Source of the DNA: Candidatus Marinacidobacterales bacterium
GTDB lineage: Bacteria > Acidobacteriota > Vicinamibacteria > Marinacidobacterales > SMYC01
Reading direction: 5' to 3'
Length of the DNA stretch: 64,000 bases
NCBI GenBank assembly: GCA_965237955.1
Contig: OZ250169.1
Span: forward strand, 5,888,001-5,952,000
Below are positions 1-10,548 of this stretch, in pieces. Made by a program: the position numbers and the translations under genes. Every line of letters starts with the position of its first letter. The stretch's first letter is position 1. Below the pieces are notes generated by a model that ran no database searches, had not been told where the DNA came from, and saw only the letters and a program-made list of their open reading frames with translations.

Positions 1-996
1 CATCTGGCGCAAGCAAAGTCGAATCGCGGCGCGCGGGGTCGGAAGCGGGATTTTCCGGATGCCGAACGATTGGTGAAGCGTTTGGTGGCGCAGGAGCTGA
101 CTCTAAGCTTCGTTCCCGAGCCGGAGCAGCGCCTGTGGCGAACGGTGATGCGCCGCAAGTACCAGTTCACGCGTAACCGGGTTCAGCTCCAAAACCGCCT
201 AGAGTCGTTGCTGGAGGAAGCGCATCTAAAGTTGTCGAGCCTGGTGTCGGATCTTCTGGGGCTGAGTGCGCGGCGGATGTTGCAAGCCTTGGCGGACGGG
301 GAAACGGAGCCGGCCCGCTTGGCGGAGTTGGCCGACCGTCGATTGCGTGCCACGCCCGAGCAGTTGTGCGATGCGCTCGGCGCGTGTGCCGATCTCAACC
401 CCGTCTATCGGAAGCTCGTGCAAATGACGCTCGAGGAATTACGATTGCTCGAAGAGCAGAGCGCGCAACTCGATGAAGAGATGGCGCATCTGCTCGGCGA
501 GCATCAAGCAGCTGTGCAACGACTCGCTGAAGTGCCTGGGCTCGGCGTGGATTCGGCGCAGCAGATCATCGCGGAAGTCGGGGCGAGCGCCGAGACGTTT
601 CCGTCGGCCAAGCACCTCGCGTCCTGGGTGGGCGTGTGCCCCGGAGAGCACGAAAGCGCCGGCAAAAGCTACAGCCATCGCTCGCCCAAAGGCAGTCGGC
701 CGATGCGCCGCCTCCTCAATCAAGCCGCCAACGCGGCCGTCAAGACCAAAGGGAGTTTCTTCCAGCTCGTGTACCGGCGGTTGGTTCCACGCCTGGGGCA
801 CGCGCAAGCCATCTGGGCCGTTGCCCATCGGTTGTGTCGTTTAATCTGGAAGATTCTCCACCAGGGCGTTGACTATGAGGAACGTGGCCCCGACGTTAGC
901 CGCGCGCGCTCCAAACGACGCATTGCCAATATGATCCGCGACCTGCGCAAACTCGGATATCACATCGAGCCTTCTCTACGGGGAGATCCAGCATGA
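1..996 (+). CDS. IS110-family transposase (5' end outside window)
   Basis: Frame is open from base 1. Motifs VPGLG..SAQQIIAEVG, F.SAKHLASWVGVCPG..ESAGK and AIWAVAHRL are typical of the IS110 C-terminal (Tnp_20) domain. Confidence 0.92.
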   Translation, partial: HLAQAKSNRGARGRKRDFPDAERLVKRLVAQELTLSFVPEPEQRLWRTVMRRKYQFTRNRVQLQNRLESLLEEAHLKLSSLVSDLLGLSARRMLQALADGETEPARLAELADRRLRATPEQLCDALGACADLNPVYRKLVQMTLEELRLLEEQSAQLDEEMAHLLGEHQAAVQRLAEVPGLGVDSAQQIIAEVGASAETFPSAKHLASWVGVCPGEHESAGKSYSHRSPKGSRPMRRLLNQAANAAVKTKGSFFQLVYRRLVPRLGHAQAIWAVAHRLCRLIWKILHQGVDYEERGPDVSRARSKRRIANMIRDLRKLGYHIEPSLRGDPA

Positions 997-1061
997 CGAT
1001 AGATGTTTTTCGATCCTGGTTCGACGAGCTCGAACGCCTCGTCCCTACGCGATAAAGCACA

Positions 1062-1625
1062 CTAATGAATCCGCGGCTCGATCGGCAACGCCGCGACGAT
1101 GTTTGCCTCCACGGTTGCGAGCTCACTCAGCCGCTCGTCCACCGCTTCCGGATCGTCGTACAAGCAAGCGAGCTCGCGGAAGAGCGCCGCGTGTCGTGAC
1201 TCGGCCTTGGCGAGGTCTCCGTAAAATCGCTTCAGGTCGGGCGCTTCCAGGTGCGTTGCGAGAAGCTCGAGTCGCTCGTGCGAGCGGGCCTCGATGAGTC
1301 CGAACAAAAGCAGTCGATCGGTGAGCCGCCCTTGGTTGGCTCGGGCCAGGGCCATGAGCTTCTGCGCGTAGGGGTCGCCCTGGTCGCGACCGAGGGCCAA
1401 CCCGCGCTGCACGATCCGTTCATAGACGGCGCGGAAATGCTGAAGCTCCTCGACCGCGAGCGCGCTCATGCGCCGGACGAGCTCTTCAAACTCCGGATAA
1501 CCCACGACGAGCGACATCGCGGAGGCCGCCGCCTTTTTCTCGCAGTGAGCGTGGTCGACGAGGACGGCATCCATGCTCGATGTCGCGACGTCGATCCAAC
1601 GCGGCGTCGTCTCGGAAACAATCAC
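1062..1625 (-). CDS. miaE: tRNA-(ms2io6A37) hydroxylase MiaE
   Basis: DHAHCEKKAA, EELQHF, LIEARSHER, AESRH and the C-terminal PRIH are the di-iron ferritin-like MiaE motifs. Confidence 0.88.
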   Translation of the reverse strand: MIVSETTPRWIDVATSSMDAVLVDHAHCEKKAAASAMSLVVGYPEFEELVRRMSALAVEELQHFRAVYERIVQRGLALGRDQGDPYAQKLMALARANQGRLTDRLLLFGLIEARSHERLELLATHLEAPDLKRFYGDLAKAESRHAALFRELACLYDDPEAVDERLSELATVEANIVAALPIEPRIH

Positions 1626-1685
1626 GAGGCCATTGTAATCGCCGTCGGTTGTTCGCTATCATGTTTTGGAGGAGAACTGAGACCC

Positions 1686-2174
1686 ATGTTCCGAGTCGCT
1701 CTTTTGGTCGCCACCGTCGTCGTGCAGGTTCCGCGCGGCACGTCCGAGATCACGCTCAATGACACTACCTTGTCCGTCGAGTACGGACGTCCCTTGCTAA
1801 AGGGCCGTGACATGCTCGGGCAGGCGCCCGTCGGAACCGTGTGGCGTTTGGGTGCGGATCAGTCCACGACGATGTCGGTGACCGGCTCCGCGATTTTCAT
1901 AAATATGGTGGTCGCGAAAGGGGAGTACAGCTTGTTCCTGAAACGGACTTCCGAAACGCGGTGGTCGCTGATCGTGAACAAGCAGACCGGGCAGTGGGGA
2001 ACAGAGCATGACCCGCAACAAGATCTGCTCGGCATTCCCCTGAAGTGGGAAAAGCAAGACGATCCCGTAGAGCAGCTCACCATCGAGCTGACCGAGGAGA
2101 CCGAGGAGACCGGAATCCTGTCAATCGCGTGGGGACAGGAAGTCTTGAAGCAGCGCTTTCGACTCAGCCCGTGA
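1686..2174 (+). CDS. DUF2911-domain exported protein
   Basis: VEYGRP..KGR, VWRLGAD..TT and NKQTGQWGT motifs. ATG at 1686 follows GGAGGAG; the longer 1251 start overlaps miaE. Confidence 0.75.
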   Translation: MFRVALLVATVVVQVPRGTSEITLNDTTLSVEYGRPLLKGRDMLGQAPVGTVWRLGADQSTTMSVTGSAIFINMVVAKGEYSLFLKRTSETRWSLIVNKQTGQWGTEHDPQQDLLGIPLKWEKQDDPVEQLTIELTEETEETGILSIAWGQEVLKQRFRLSP

Positions 2175-3125
2175 AAATGCCCCGGAGCCAGTTGAAGGTA
2201 GGTGGCGGCTCCAGTCATCGTTACTCTAGCTGACCTTCTCCTCACGAACAACGCTTTTGCCTAGGGCAAGTTCCTCGAGCTTGGCTTCTAAGATGGGCAG
2301 CGATTCGAAACACGGAACGCGCCTGAAGTTCTTCTCGGTTGCGAGCAAGGCGGAGGCGGCCCATCGCAGAACCATGGAGCCAGCTTTCCAGTTGGTCACT
2401 CGTCGAGTTCGACCTCTGGTACCGCTCCTCGGGAAGGTAGCCGTGTACGTTCCTCTCCTTGTGCTTTCTACATCGCTGCACCTTGTTGCGAGAGCCGAAC
2501 ACCGCATCGATGGCCCGGCGCAACGCTTGCGAACCGTCGATCACGAACAGACACGGCCGCTCGGGATTCAAGCCCCGCTCGACCAAGTCTTCGAGCAGTG
2601 CCGTGGTAACGACTTTGTTTTCGCTTGCTCTTTCCCGAAGACCAAGAACGTGCTTGCAACCCTCAGAATCCACACCAATTACAGCGATGGCGTGGTATTC
2701 GCTGAACACGATCCCGTCCAGGTAGACGAACGAGGATGTCCCACGCGTCGAGCCGTCGCTCCATCAGCTCCTTCAGCGTTTCCGCGCTGCCTTCGACGAA
2801 GTGACGGCTGGCCTCGCTCTTGCTCACTCCAACCGTCTCGGCCATCTTCGGCAGAACCTCGGCGTACTTCCGTGTCGATAGACCCAGCATCAACACCTCC
2901 CAGATCCGCTGGCTCAACCGTGGCGAGCCGCGCATCGCCTCGTACGCCGGAACCGGAACTTCCCTTCCTTCGCCCTTGCCTTTTTTCCTCAGGCGCGGCT
3001 TGCGCACACGGAGCTGACGTTCCGAAAGGCTGACCACCCCATCCTGGTGGCCGTGCCAGCGAACTTCTGAACTTTCTCGCCCCGGGTGTTTCTCGCCCGC
3101 AACGTTCCTCGCCGACAGTTCCAGA

Positions 3126-4880
3126 GGGAGTAACCTGAATGTTGTGTCCGGCTCTGATAATGAGAACGACGTTTCAGCGAGAGCGACGACCACGAAGGGG
3201 CCACGATCTCGCCTAGCAAGAGCGGGGCCGCGAAGCGGTCCCGCCCAAAGTCAACCCGGAGCGAGAGCGGAGCGCGCCGCGAAGTGCGTTCGGCGACGGT
3301 GGACGGCGTCGGCTCAGGAGGATTGGTACGCGAGCCCGATTTCGTTGGATATCTCGGAATTGGCGACGGGGCTCGAAACCGACGCTCTCATTTGCCCCAG
3401 GAGGCGTTTTCTCGAAGCGACCCAACCCTCAGCACCCCCCTTTTTGGTTAACTTACGGGGAGCCTCTCGTAACCTGCCCGTTAGCGAATTGGAAGTTTCC
3501 GATGCGTCGGTGTGTGACGACGACGGAGATACACTGCGTGAAGCGCCTCGCGAGCGCGAGGAAAATGAAAAGCCCCAGGGTAGCCGCCCTGGGGCAAGGA
3601 CCCGTTTACTTGAAAGGAACAAGCAATGCCTTCAGATCCCAAAACCAACGTATCACAAAATTCGCTCTCCGAGTCTCTCGACAACGAAATCGACCGCCTA
3701 CTCAGCGCCGGCCTCGAGAACTTCAGCGTTCGAGAGCTCTTGGGAATGATGCTCTCCGCCGCGGGGCAAGCCGAGCGCCACGCTTACCTTGCCGAGGCCA
3801 CCGGCGACAAAGGTAACGGAGGCTATGACCGCTCGTTGAATGTCGGCTCCATCCCCGTCGACATCCGCGTGCCCAGAACGCGCAGTGGTCAGTTTCGACC
3901 GAACTCACTCCCTCCGGCCTACGAGCGCGGATACTCCGACGAGGTCCAGTCCCTTCTCTTCGGAGTGCTTTGCTCCTCTCGCTCTGTAAACGCCGCGAAA
4001 ACAGCGCTCAGAAAGATGGGCGTCAACGCCTCCCCCGATGAGCTTGACACCGTCGCCTCAGGCTTCATCGAGGAGCTCGAGCTCGTCAACTCACGACCCA
4101 TCGACCCCGACATGCTCGCCATCTTCTTCGATGGTAAGTATGTCGAAATCAAAGAAGACGAGCGTCTTCGGCCTGCTTGTATCTACCTCGTTACCGGCCT
4201 GCACCGCGACGGCAGAAAGAAAGTCCTGGGCTGTTTCATAAAACACCAACGAGAAAACCTCGAGGGTTGGAAAACTGTCCTTCGCTCTCTCGTTGAACGG
4301 GGCCTCAGACGCGTCATGATCGTCATCCACGACGACTTCTCGGGTTTGCTCGGCGTCACCAAGGGAATGTTTCCCAACTCCGATATCCAGCTGTGTACCG
4401 TTCACATGCTCCGGAACGCCAAAACTCATCTCAGCAAGCAGGACGCCTCTGAGTTCACCAAGAGGTTCCGCTCCATCAAAACCGCTTGGAGCGCCGAAGT
4501 CGCCGCTTCTCAATTCGAGGAGCTTTGTGACCGCTTCGAAAAATCCTCCCCCTCCTTCGTCAAGGAATACGAAAGAAACAACCGCACTACATCGCCTTCC
4601 TCAAATACCCCGACGGCGTCCGACGTTCTCTGTCAACGACCAACGCCGTCGAAGCCATCAACAAACAACTCGAGATTCTGCGTCGTAACAGCGGTGGATA
4701 CTTCCATTCCGAGGAGACCGCGAAACTTAAACTCGGCATTGTCGTCACCTCCCTCGAATCCGGCAAATGGCACCGAGTCACCGCAACCGTCAAGGGCGCG
4801 CTCGACCAATTCAACGCCATGTTCGAGACCCGATTCGAGGCAGAATGATGCCCGCGGACACAACATTATTGACAAGTGCC
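3126..4880 (+). mobile_element. Inner IS256-family element (1755 bp)
   Basis: 8-bp TSD GTTCCAGA at 3118-3125 and 4881-4888. IRs share AATGTTGTGTCCG / CGGACACAACATT. Confidence 0.9.
3626..4848 (+). pseudogene. IS256-family transposase with one frameshift near 4567
   Basis: NGGYDR, VPRTRSGQFRP, DDFSGL and QLCTVH motifs. One added A at ~4567 restores ...YPDGVRRSLSTTNAVEAINK...FEAE* ending at 4848. Confidence 0.85.
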
Positions 4881-5243
4881 GTTCCAGAACGGCCTCGATC
4901 GTCGCCCGGCCCGCTTCGTCGATCACTTCGTCGAGCGCCTTCTCCGCCCTCTCGATGCTTTCCACGAACGGTGGGAGAACTTGCCCCTCCTTCACAAGAA
5001 ACTCTTTCAGCCCTGAACTATTCTTCCGGTCAATGATTTGGTACTTTCCCATCGTGGTGGCTCCTTTCTTTGTTTTTCCCTGGCCGGATTCTAATTGAAC
5101 CCGGCTTAAGGAGCCGCCACGGCTAACCTTCAACTACCACTGGGCATCTCCCAAGCGAAGCCCGCGCCACAAACGTCGATCGAGCTCCGTCCAGACAGGA
5201 GTCGAAACAATTTGCATCGTCGTCCTGTTGATATTAGTAAGCA

Positions 5244-5255
5244 AATTAGCTAATT
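5244..5255. promoter_or_regulatory. Palindrome, possible ArsR-type operator
   Basis: Perfect palindrome AATTAGCTAATT in an AT-rich tract ~20 nt upstream of an operon encoding an ArsR regulator. Confidence 0.4.
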
Positions 5256-5275
5256 ATATCGGCCAGGAGGATCTC

Positions 5276-5590
5276 ATGTCGAAGTCGTCGGGTCCAGTTC
5301 GCGTGTTGTGTATCTATCGAGTGAAAGACGGTAAAGAAGGTGAGTTTCGGCAGCTTCTCGAGAAGCATTGGCCAACGTTGAACAGCATCGGCCTCGTCAC
5401 GTCCGAGCCCGCCCGCTGGTATCTATCCAAAGACAAGAAGGGACGAAAGTGTTTCGTCGAGCTCTTCGAGTGGAGAGACGCCAAGGCGCCGCAGACCGCA
5501 CACGAGCTTCCCGAAGTGATGGCGGTGTGGGAACCGATGGGTACGCTCGTGGATGACATGGAATTCCTCGATCTGGAAACGCTTGGCTAA
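5276..5590 (+). CDS. Small hypothetical protein, possible dimeric alpha-beta barrel (ABM-like)
   Basis: ATG after AGGAGG. YRVKDGKEGEF...FVELFEW pattern. Confidence 0.6.
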   Translation: MSKSSGPVRVLCIYRVKDGKEGEFRQLLEKHWPTLNSIGLVTSEPARWYLSKDKKGRKCFVELFEWRDAKAPQTAHELPEVMAVWEPMGTLVDDMEFLDLETLG

Positions 5591-5942
5591 CAAAAAAGAC
5601 CCTACGAAAAAACGCCATGACGCGCGCCGGCGTCTCGAGGAGTTGGACGACGTCGTTGCCGCACTGGCGCACGCTTCGCGGCGCCAGATTCTTCTCGTGG
5701 TGCATTTTCGTGGCGGCGAGATGACGGCGGGGGAGATCGCGAGCCGCTTCGAATGCACCTGGCCTACCATCAGCCGGCATCTTCGCGTGTTGGAGGACTC
5801 CGGCCTCCTCGTGCAGGAGAAGCGCGGTCGCACGCGCAATTACCGCATCGACCAAGACAAGCTGGACGTCGTGCGCGAGTGGGTCGAGTGGTTCGATGGA
5901 GACAAACGTGGCGGGAAAAACAAGCAGCGCGCGCAAGTGTGA
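5583..5942 (+). CDS. ArsR/SmtB-family transcriptional regulator
   Basis: [32 protein letters not shown] and GRTRNYRI winged helix-turn-helix. Confidence 0.9.
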   Translation: MANKKDPTKKRHDARRRLEELDDVVAALAHASRRQILLVVHFRGGEMTAGEIASRFECTWPTISRHLRVLEDSGLLVQEKRGRTRNYRIDQDKLDVVREWVEWFDGDKRGGKNKQRAQV

Positions 5943-6315
5943 AACGGCTCTCCGAAAGTATGCTCTCGGTTTTCCGGAGACTCACGAAGATTTCCCGTGG
6001 GGCGAACGCGTTGTCAAAGTCGGCAAGAAAGTATTCGTTTTCATGGGTCGCCCCGACGGTCGGCTCACGCTCTCGGTGAAGCTTCCTGAATCGCAAACGG
6101 TGGCGCTCATGCTTCGGTTCGCCGAGCCCACGGGCTACGGGCTCGGCAGGAGCTGCTGGGTGACCGCACGTTTCGGTGCAAACGAAAAACAGCCCGAAGA
6201 CTTGCTCCGCGAGTGGATCGAAGAAAGCTACCGCGCGGTTGCGCCCAAGAAACTCGTGGGAACACTTTTGGGCGAAACGCCACGCCCAAGAAAAGCCGCG
6301 AAATCGAAGAAGTAG
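5896..6315 (+). CDS. MmcQ/YjbR-family DNA-binding protein
   Basis: [27 protein letters not shown] and [14 protein letters not shown] motifs. Confidence 0.88.
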   Translation: METNVAGKTSSARKCETALRKYALGFPETHEDFPWGERVVKVGKKVFVFMGRPDGRLTLSVKLPESQTVALMLRFAEPTGYGLGRSCWVTARFGANEKQPEDLLREWIEESYRAVAPKKLVGTLLGETPRPRKAAKSKK

Positions 6316-6397
6316 TCTTGGTAGCTGCGCAGCAGACACCTCTCGAACGCCGCGCAGAAACCGCGCATAATACCGCTCGTCCGAAGAGAGGAGAGTT

Positions 6398-8098
6398 ATG
6401 CGACGAACGTGGTTGATATTAGGGATGCTCTGGATTCTTTCTACGGAGCTCGTGGATGCGCAGTCCGGGAGCACCGACGAACGCCTGTCCACCCCACAAA
6501 GCGCGGTGGACAATTTTCTGAAGTGGCAATTACCGCCGACGGTCGACATGGATATTGCCTCCGAGGCCATGGGTATCAACCCGAGTATGTCGACAGAGCG
6601 GCGCCGTGAGTTGGCACGTGAGCTCAAGGCGGTCTTGGACGCTCGAGGTCTCTTCGTGCACCTGGACGCAATTCCGGCCGACCGCGACTACGTCGACACA
6701 TCGAGCGGGCAGAGTCGCTATCAACTCTTTCCCGTGCGTCTTCCCGAGGTCGCCGTCGTCAAGGTAGGAGACCGGTGGCTTTTTTCTCAACCAACGCTGG
6801 TCGCGGTGCCGGAGCTGTATGACGAGACCTTCAGTGCGGCCGCTCAATATCTCATCGGTCTGTTGCCGGCTGTCTTTCAGATGCGACTTCTCGGGATCGC
6901 TCTGTGGCAATACGCCGGGGTGTTCCTGGTGCTCCTCATCGCGTTTGTGATGAGGCAGCTCTCGGAGTTCTTTCTGAGGAAGTTTGCGAACTGGCTGATC
7001 AAACGGACACCGCCGACGTGGGACGAGAACATCGTGCTCCAATCGGTCAAGCCCGTCAGCTTCCTCCTGTTCACGCTCGTCATTCGTTTTTTCTACGCGG
7101 ACCTGCAACTACCGGTGGGCATGAACGCCGCGATCAAATTTGCCCTCGAGGTGATGATCGCGGGCAGCCTCTTGTGGCTGGCGTTCATGCTCGTGGACTT
7201 CTTGTGCGACCACCTGCGACAGATCACGGCGAAAACGGACACGAAGCTCGACGACCAGCTGATCCCGCTGTTGCGGAAGGCGTTGAAAGTGTTCGCCTTC
7301 ACCATCGGCGCTCTCGTGCTCGTTCAGAGCTTCGGATACTCGATTAGCTCGCTCCTCGCAGGGCTTGGGATTGGCGGCGTCGCGGTCGCTCTCGCTGCTC
7401 AAGATACGATCGCGAACTTCTTCGGCTCGGTGATGATCTTCGCGGACAAGCCGTTCCAGGTCGGTGATTGGATCGTCACCGGTAGTGTGGAGGGTACCGT
7501 CGAGGAAGTCGGGTTTCGTTCCACCCGCATCCGCACGTTCTACAACTCGGTGATCAGCGTGCCGAACTCGAAGCTCGCGAACTCCGACGTCGACAACCTG
7601 GGAATGCGCCGATACCGGCGCATCAAGGAAGTGCTCAATCTGACCTACAGCACCACCGCTCAGCAAATGCAGGCGTTCGTCGAGGGCATCCGCGCGATCA
7701 TCCAGGCGAACCGCTACATGCGAAAAAATTTCTATGAAATCCACTTCAACGGTTACGGCAGCTCGTCGCTGAACGTTCTCGTGTACTGCTTCCTGGAAGT
7801 CGGCAGCTGGAGCGATGAGCTTCGCGAGAAACATAACTTTTTCCTCGAGATTCTTCGGCTAGCCGAGGAGCTCGGGGTCGAGTTCGCGTTTCCGACACAA
7901 ACAGTGCACGTCGACAGCTTCTATGGGGATAAGCCTCGCGTCGTCGGAGAGAAACGCTCCAGCGAGAAGCTGGCCGAGACCGTCGCCTCGTTCGGGCCCG
8001 ACGGAGGGTTGTCGCGACCCCACGGGCCCGAGCTGATGCTCGATGGAAAGAAGCTCGATTACTCGCCCCACGGGGCGGCGACACGGGGGGCGGTATGA
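6398..8098 (+). CDS. MscS-family mechanosensitive channel with periplasmic N-terminal domain
   Basis: Signal peptide, several TM helices, GLGIGGVAVALAAQDT, DKPFQVGDWI, GTVEEVGFRST and FAFPTQT. Confidence 0.92.
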   Translation: MRRTWLILGMLWILSTELVDAQSGSTDERLSTPQSAVDNFLKWQLPPTVDMDIASEAMGINPSMSTERRRELARELKAVLDARGLFVHLDAIPADRDYVDTSSGQSRYQLFPVRLPEVAVVKVGDRWLFSQPTLVAVPELYDETFSAAAQYLIGLLPAVFQMRLLGIALWQYAGVFLVLLIAFVMRQLSEFFLRKFANWLIKRTPPTWDENIVLQSVKPVSFLLFTLVIRFFYADLQLPVGMNAAIKFALEVMIAGSLLWLAFMLVDFLCDHLRQITAKTDTKLDDQLIPLLRKALKVFAFTIGALVLVQSFGYSISSLLAGLGIGGVAVALAAQDTIANFFGSVMIFADKPFQVGDWIVTGSVEGTVEEVGFRSTRIRTFYNSVISVPNSKLANSDVDNLGMRRYRRIKEVLNLTYSTTAQQMQAFVEGIRAIIQANRYMRKNFYEIHFNGYGSSSLNVLVYCFLEVGSWSDELREKHNFFLEILRLAEELGVEFAFPTQTVHVDSFYGDKPRVVGEKRSSEKLAETVASFGPDGGLSRPHGPELMLDGKKLDYSPHGAATRGAV

Positions 8099-8467
8099 GA
8101 CGGATTCAAACGGACACGCGCCGTCGCCGGCCACTATGCGCAAGGTGTATCACACGGAGGCTTCCTTTTTGTTTCGGGGCAGCTCCCTATCGACCCGAAA
8201 ACAGGAGAGAAGAAAACCGGTGCCATCGAAGAACAAACGCGGCAGGTGCTCGAGAACGTGCTCGCGGTCGTTGTAGCTTCGGGCGGGGACAAATCGCATA
8301 TCGTCAAGACGACCGTCTACGTTTCCGACATCGAGCTGTGGGGGCGCGTCAACGAAGTCTATGCGGAGTTCTTCGGTCTCTACCGGCCGGCGAGAGCGAT
8401 TGTGCCCGTCAAAGAGCTCCATCACGGCTTTCAGATCGAGATCGAAGCCGTCGCCGCGCTCCCGTGA
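8095..8467 (+). pseudogene. RidA/YjgF-family enamine deaminase, frameshifted near the 5' end
   Basis: GHYAQG...FVSGQLPIDP...EEQTRQVLEN...RPARAIV...IEIEAVA is in a different frame from the ATG at 8095. May be an assembly indel. Confidence 0.8.
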
Positions 8468-10317
8468 TCAACGTCGTCGAAACGCGTGGAGTCGTGGCCC
8501 GATTTTCGATCCGAGCTCTTCGATCGAGTAACGCATGGGTCGCCGCCAGTTGGGGCGCTCGTCCGTGGTTCCGGGGACGTTGACGGGCTCGGGCTCGAGC
8601 CAGAGATCTTCGACCGCGACACTGACGAGATCGGCGGAGCTCTTCATGAGCCGAGAGAGGGATTTGTCGAGCGCCTCTAGCGCTTGTTCGTCTCCGTCGC
8701 TGAATGCGGCAAACGTGGGCGTGTCGTGGGTGTTCAAGCTTGCGACCGAGTCCGGGGAAATGGGAGCGTTCGGTGTGAGCTGCAGGACGTGGAGCCCGCG
8801 TAGACCGTGCCGCACCATCTTTTCGTTGACGATGTCGGGCACGATTCCCAGGTTTTCACCCACGAGCTCGCACCGAGCGCGGTGGGACTCGATGCTAGCG
8901 ATCGCATAGAGCTCATCGGCGGGGTAGTGAACATAGACGCCGTCGGCAACTTCGGCGCCGTTCGGGATCCAGAACTGCCGATGGAGTCCCATGACGTGAT
9001 CGATGCGTAGCGTGCCGGCGTGCCGCATCGCGTGACGGAACGCGAGCCGCAAGTAACGGTGTCCCTGTTGTCGACTCTTGTGCGGGAGCACGGGCGGGGA
9101 GCTCCAATTTTGTCCTCCTGGAAACGCGGCATCGGGCGGGGCTCCGACGGTAACGTCGGCGGCGAAAAGCGTCTGCTCACGCCAGGTGTCGTAACCGTGG
9201 CGATGCACGCCGAGAGGGAGGTCGAGGTGGAGGTCGATCCCTCGATTGGAGAGAGCTGCGATCTGCTCCTCGGCGATCAGCTGGTTGTAAAGATGATAGA
9301 GCACTTCATCCGCGTCGACGTCTTTCTCTTCGAGGAGACCGCTTCGGTGGGGCTCGGGCCACCGGTTCCAGGGCGCGCCGTTCAGGGTCGTCGCGGCCCG
9401 AAAGCGTGCGTAGTCGAGGACCAAGGGAAAGCGTCGTTGAAACGCTTCGAGCGCGTCAGTATTTCTCTCCATCCGCACGAGCGCTCGGCGATGAGACGCA
9501 TCGAGTGCATGGTAGTCGAGCGGCGTCCTCGGTGGAGACTTAGCGGACTTCCCGGTATCTATGAAAAGCTCGTTCCAGAAGAGTCGGCTCGCCGGCGAGT
9601 ACGGGCTCGGCTCGTTCGGAAACGCTGCTAGAAACGGGAGAGTGGATACGAACCCCCCGCCGTGATCTCGCGTCAAACGCATCAGCTTGTCGAGGTCGGA
9701 GAAGTTTCCTATCCCATCCGAGTCGCGGGAGTGTAAGGCGTAGATAGGAGCGAGCCCCACCGTTTTGCCGCGCTCAGGTCTCGAAAGGATCGCGTTGGTG
9801 CCCGTAGGATCAACGCTTCGTAGTTCGCGCCACCGACCGACACGGACAAGCGGTGATATCCATGGGGGAGAGACGGAAGTGGCCGCCGGGTGGTGATGAA
9901 CTTCTCGCCTTCGACTTCCCGAGCTCGAAGCACCGTTCGTGCGCTCGGCGACCAGTCGCGCACGTCGCCGTTTTCGAGATGAAGCGTCGCCTCGAGACTG
10001 CGCGAGCCGAGCTCCGCTGGAAGCGTCATTTGGACGCCGTCGACCCCGTCGTCCCAAAGTGCTATGACCGGAGGGAGAACGCTTCGGGTGAGTGCGAGCC
10101 GGCGGGCCCGCAACGCATCGCCCGCATCACCGATGCGCTCTAGCGGCGCGCCCAGCGATCGAAGCACCGCGAGGATGCTGTTCGGGTTGCATTCGATACG
10201 CTTTTGGTCGACGTCGATGTAGCTGGTTTGAACGCCGTAGCTAGCCGCGAGTTTTCGAAGCATCGGTTGGTTCCAAATCTGGCAGGCGCATCGAAAGTCG
10301 GTCGCCGAGGAGCTCAT
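8468..10317 (-). pseudogene. malQ: 4-alpha-glucanotransferase (GH77), frameshift near 9755
   Basis: N-part (LAASYGVQTSYID...KRWG) and C-part (APIYALHS..GIGNFSDL, SPYSPASR, GAPPD, LRIDHVMG, GENLG, THDTPT) are in different frames. Confidence 0.88.
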
Positions 10318-10548
10318 AGAGACGCGTGTGGGTGCCCTCTCGAAAGAGGTAGGCGTCTTGCTCTCCGAAGACGGCCTTCGCCATGCCCGAATGCTAGGCG
10401 AAGAACACGAGGTCGAGAAACGGCAAATTTGGCGTCATGGTCATCCGCAGGGCGAAGTCTTATCACACGCTCTCGCTGCTGGCGAGTTGACAGCGAACGC
10501 GCGGAGAGGGAGACTCAATGTTTACAGCGTTTTTGGAGGTATGTCTAG

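Larger units (their letters stand above)
2226..5052 (-). pseudogene. IS256 transposase pseudogene (split, frameshifted, internally deleted)
   Basis: N-terminus MGKYQII...TIEAVLE (5052-4881) joins in frame to LSARNVAGEKHPGRE (from 3117). Fragments GLSTRKY, FVIDGSQAL and VQRCRKHK lie in different frames. Confidence 0.85.
2172..5151 (-). mobile_element. Degenerate outer IS256-family element, interrupted by a second IS256
   Basis: Imperfect terminal IRs (ATGCCC...AGTTGAAGGT..GTGGCGGCTC) near 2172-2212 and 5111-5151. Ends are approximate and no clear TSD was seen. Confidence 0.7.

Noticed and set aside
1-1060. IS110 bridge RNA
   Set aside because: Only ~65 nt follow the transposase before miaE, and the upstream non-coding end is outside the window, so it cannot be assessed.
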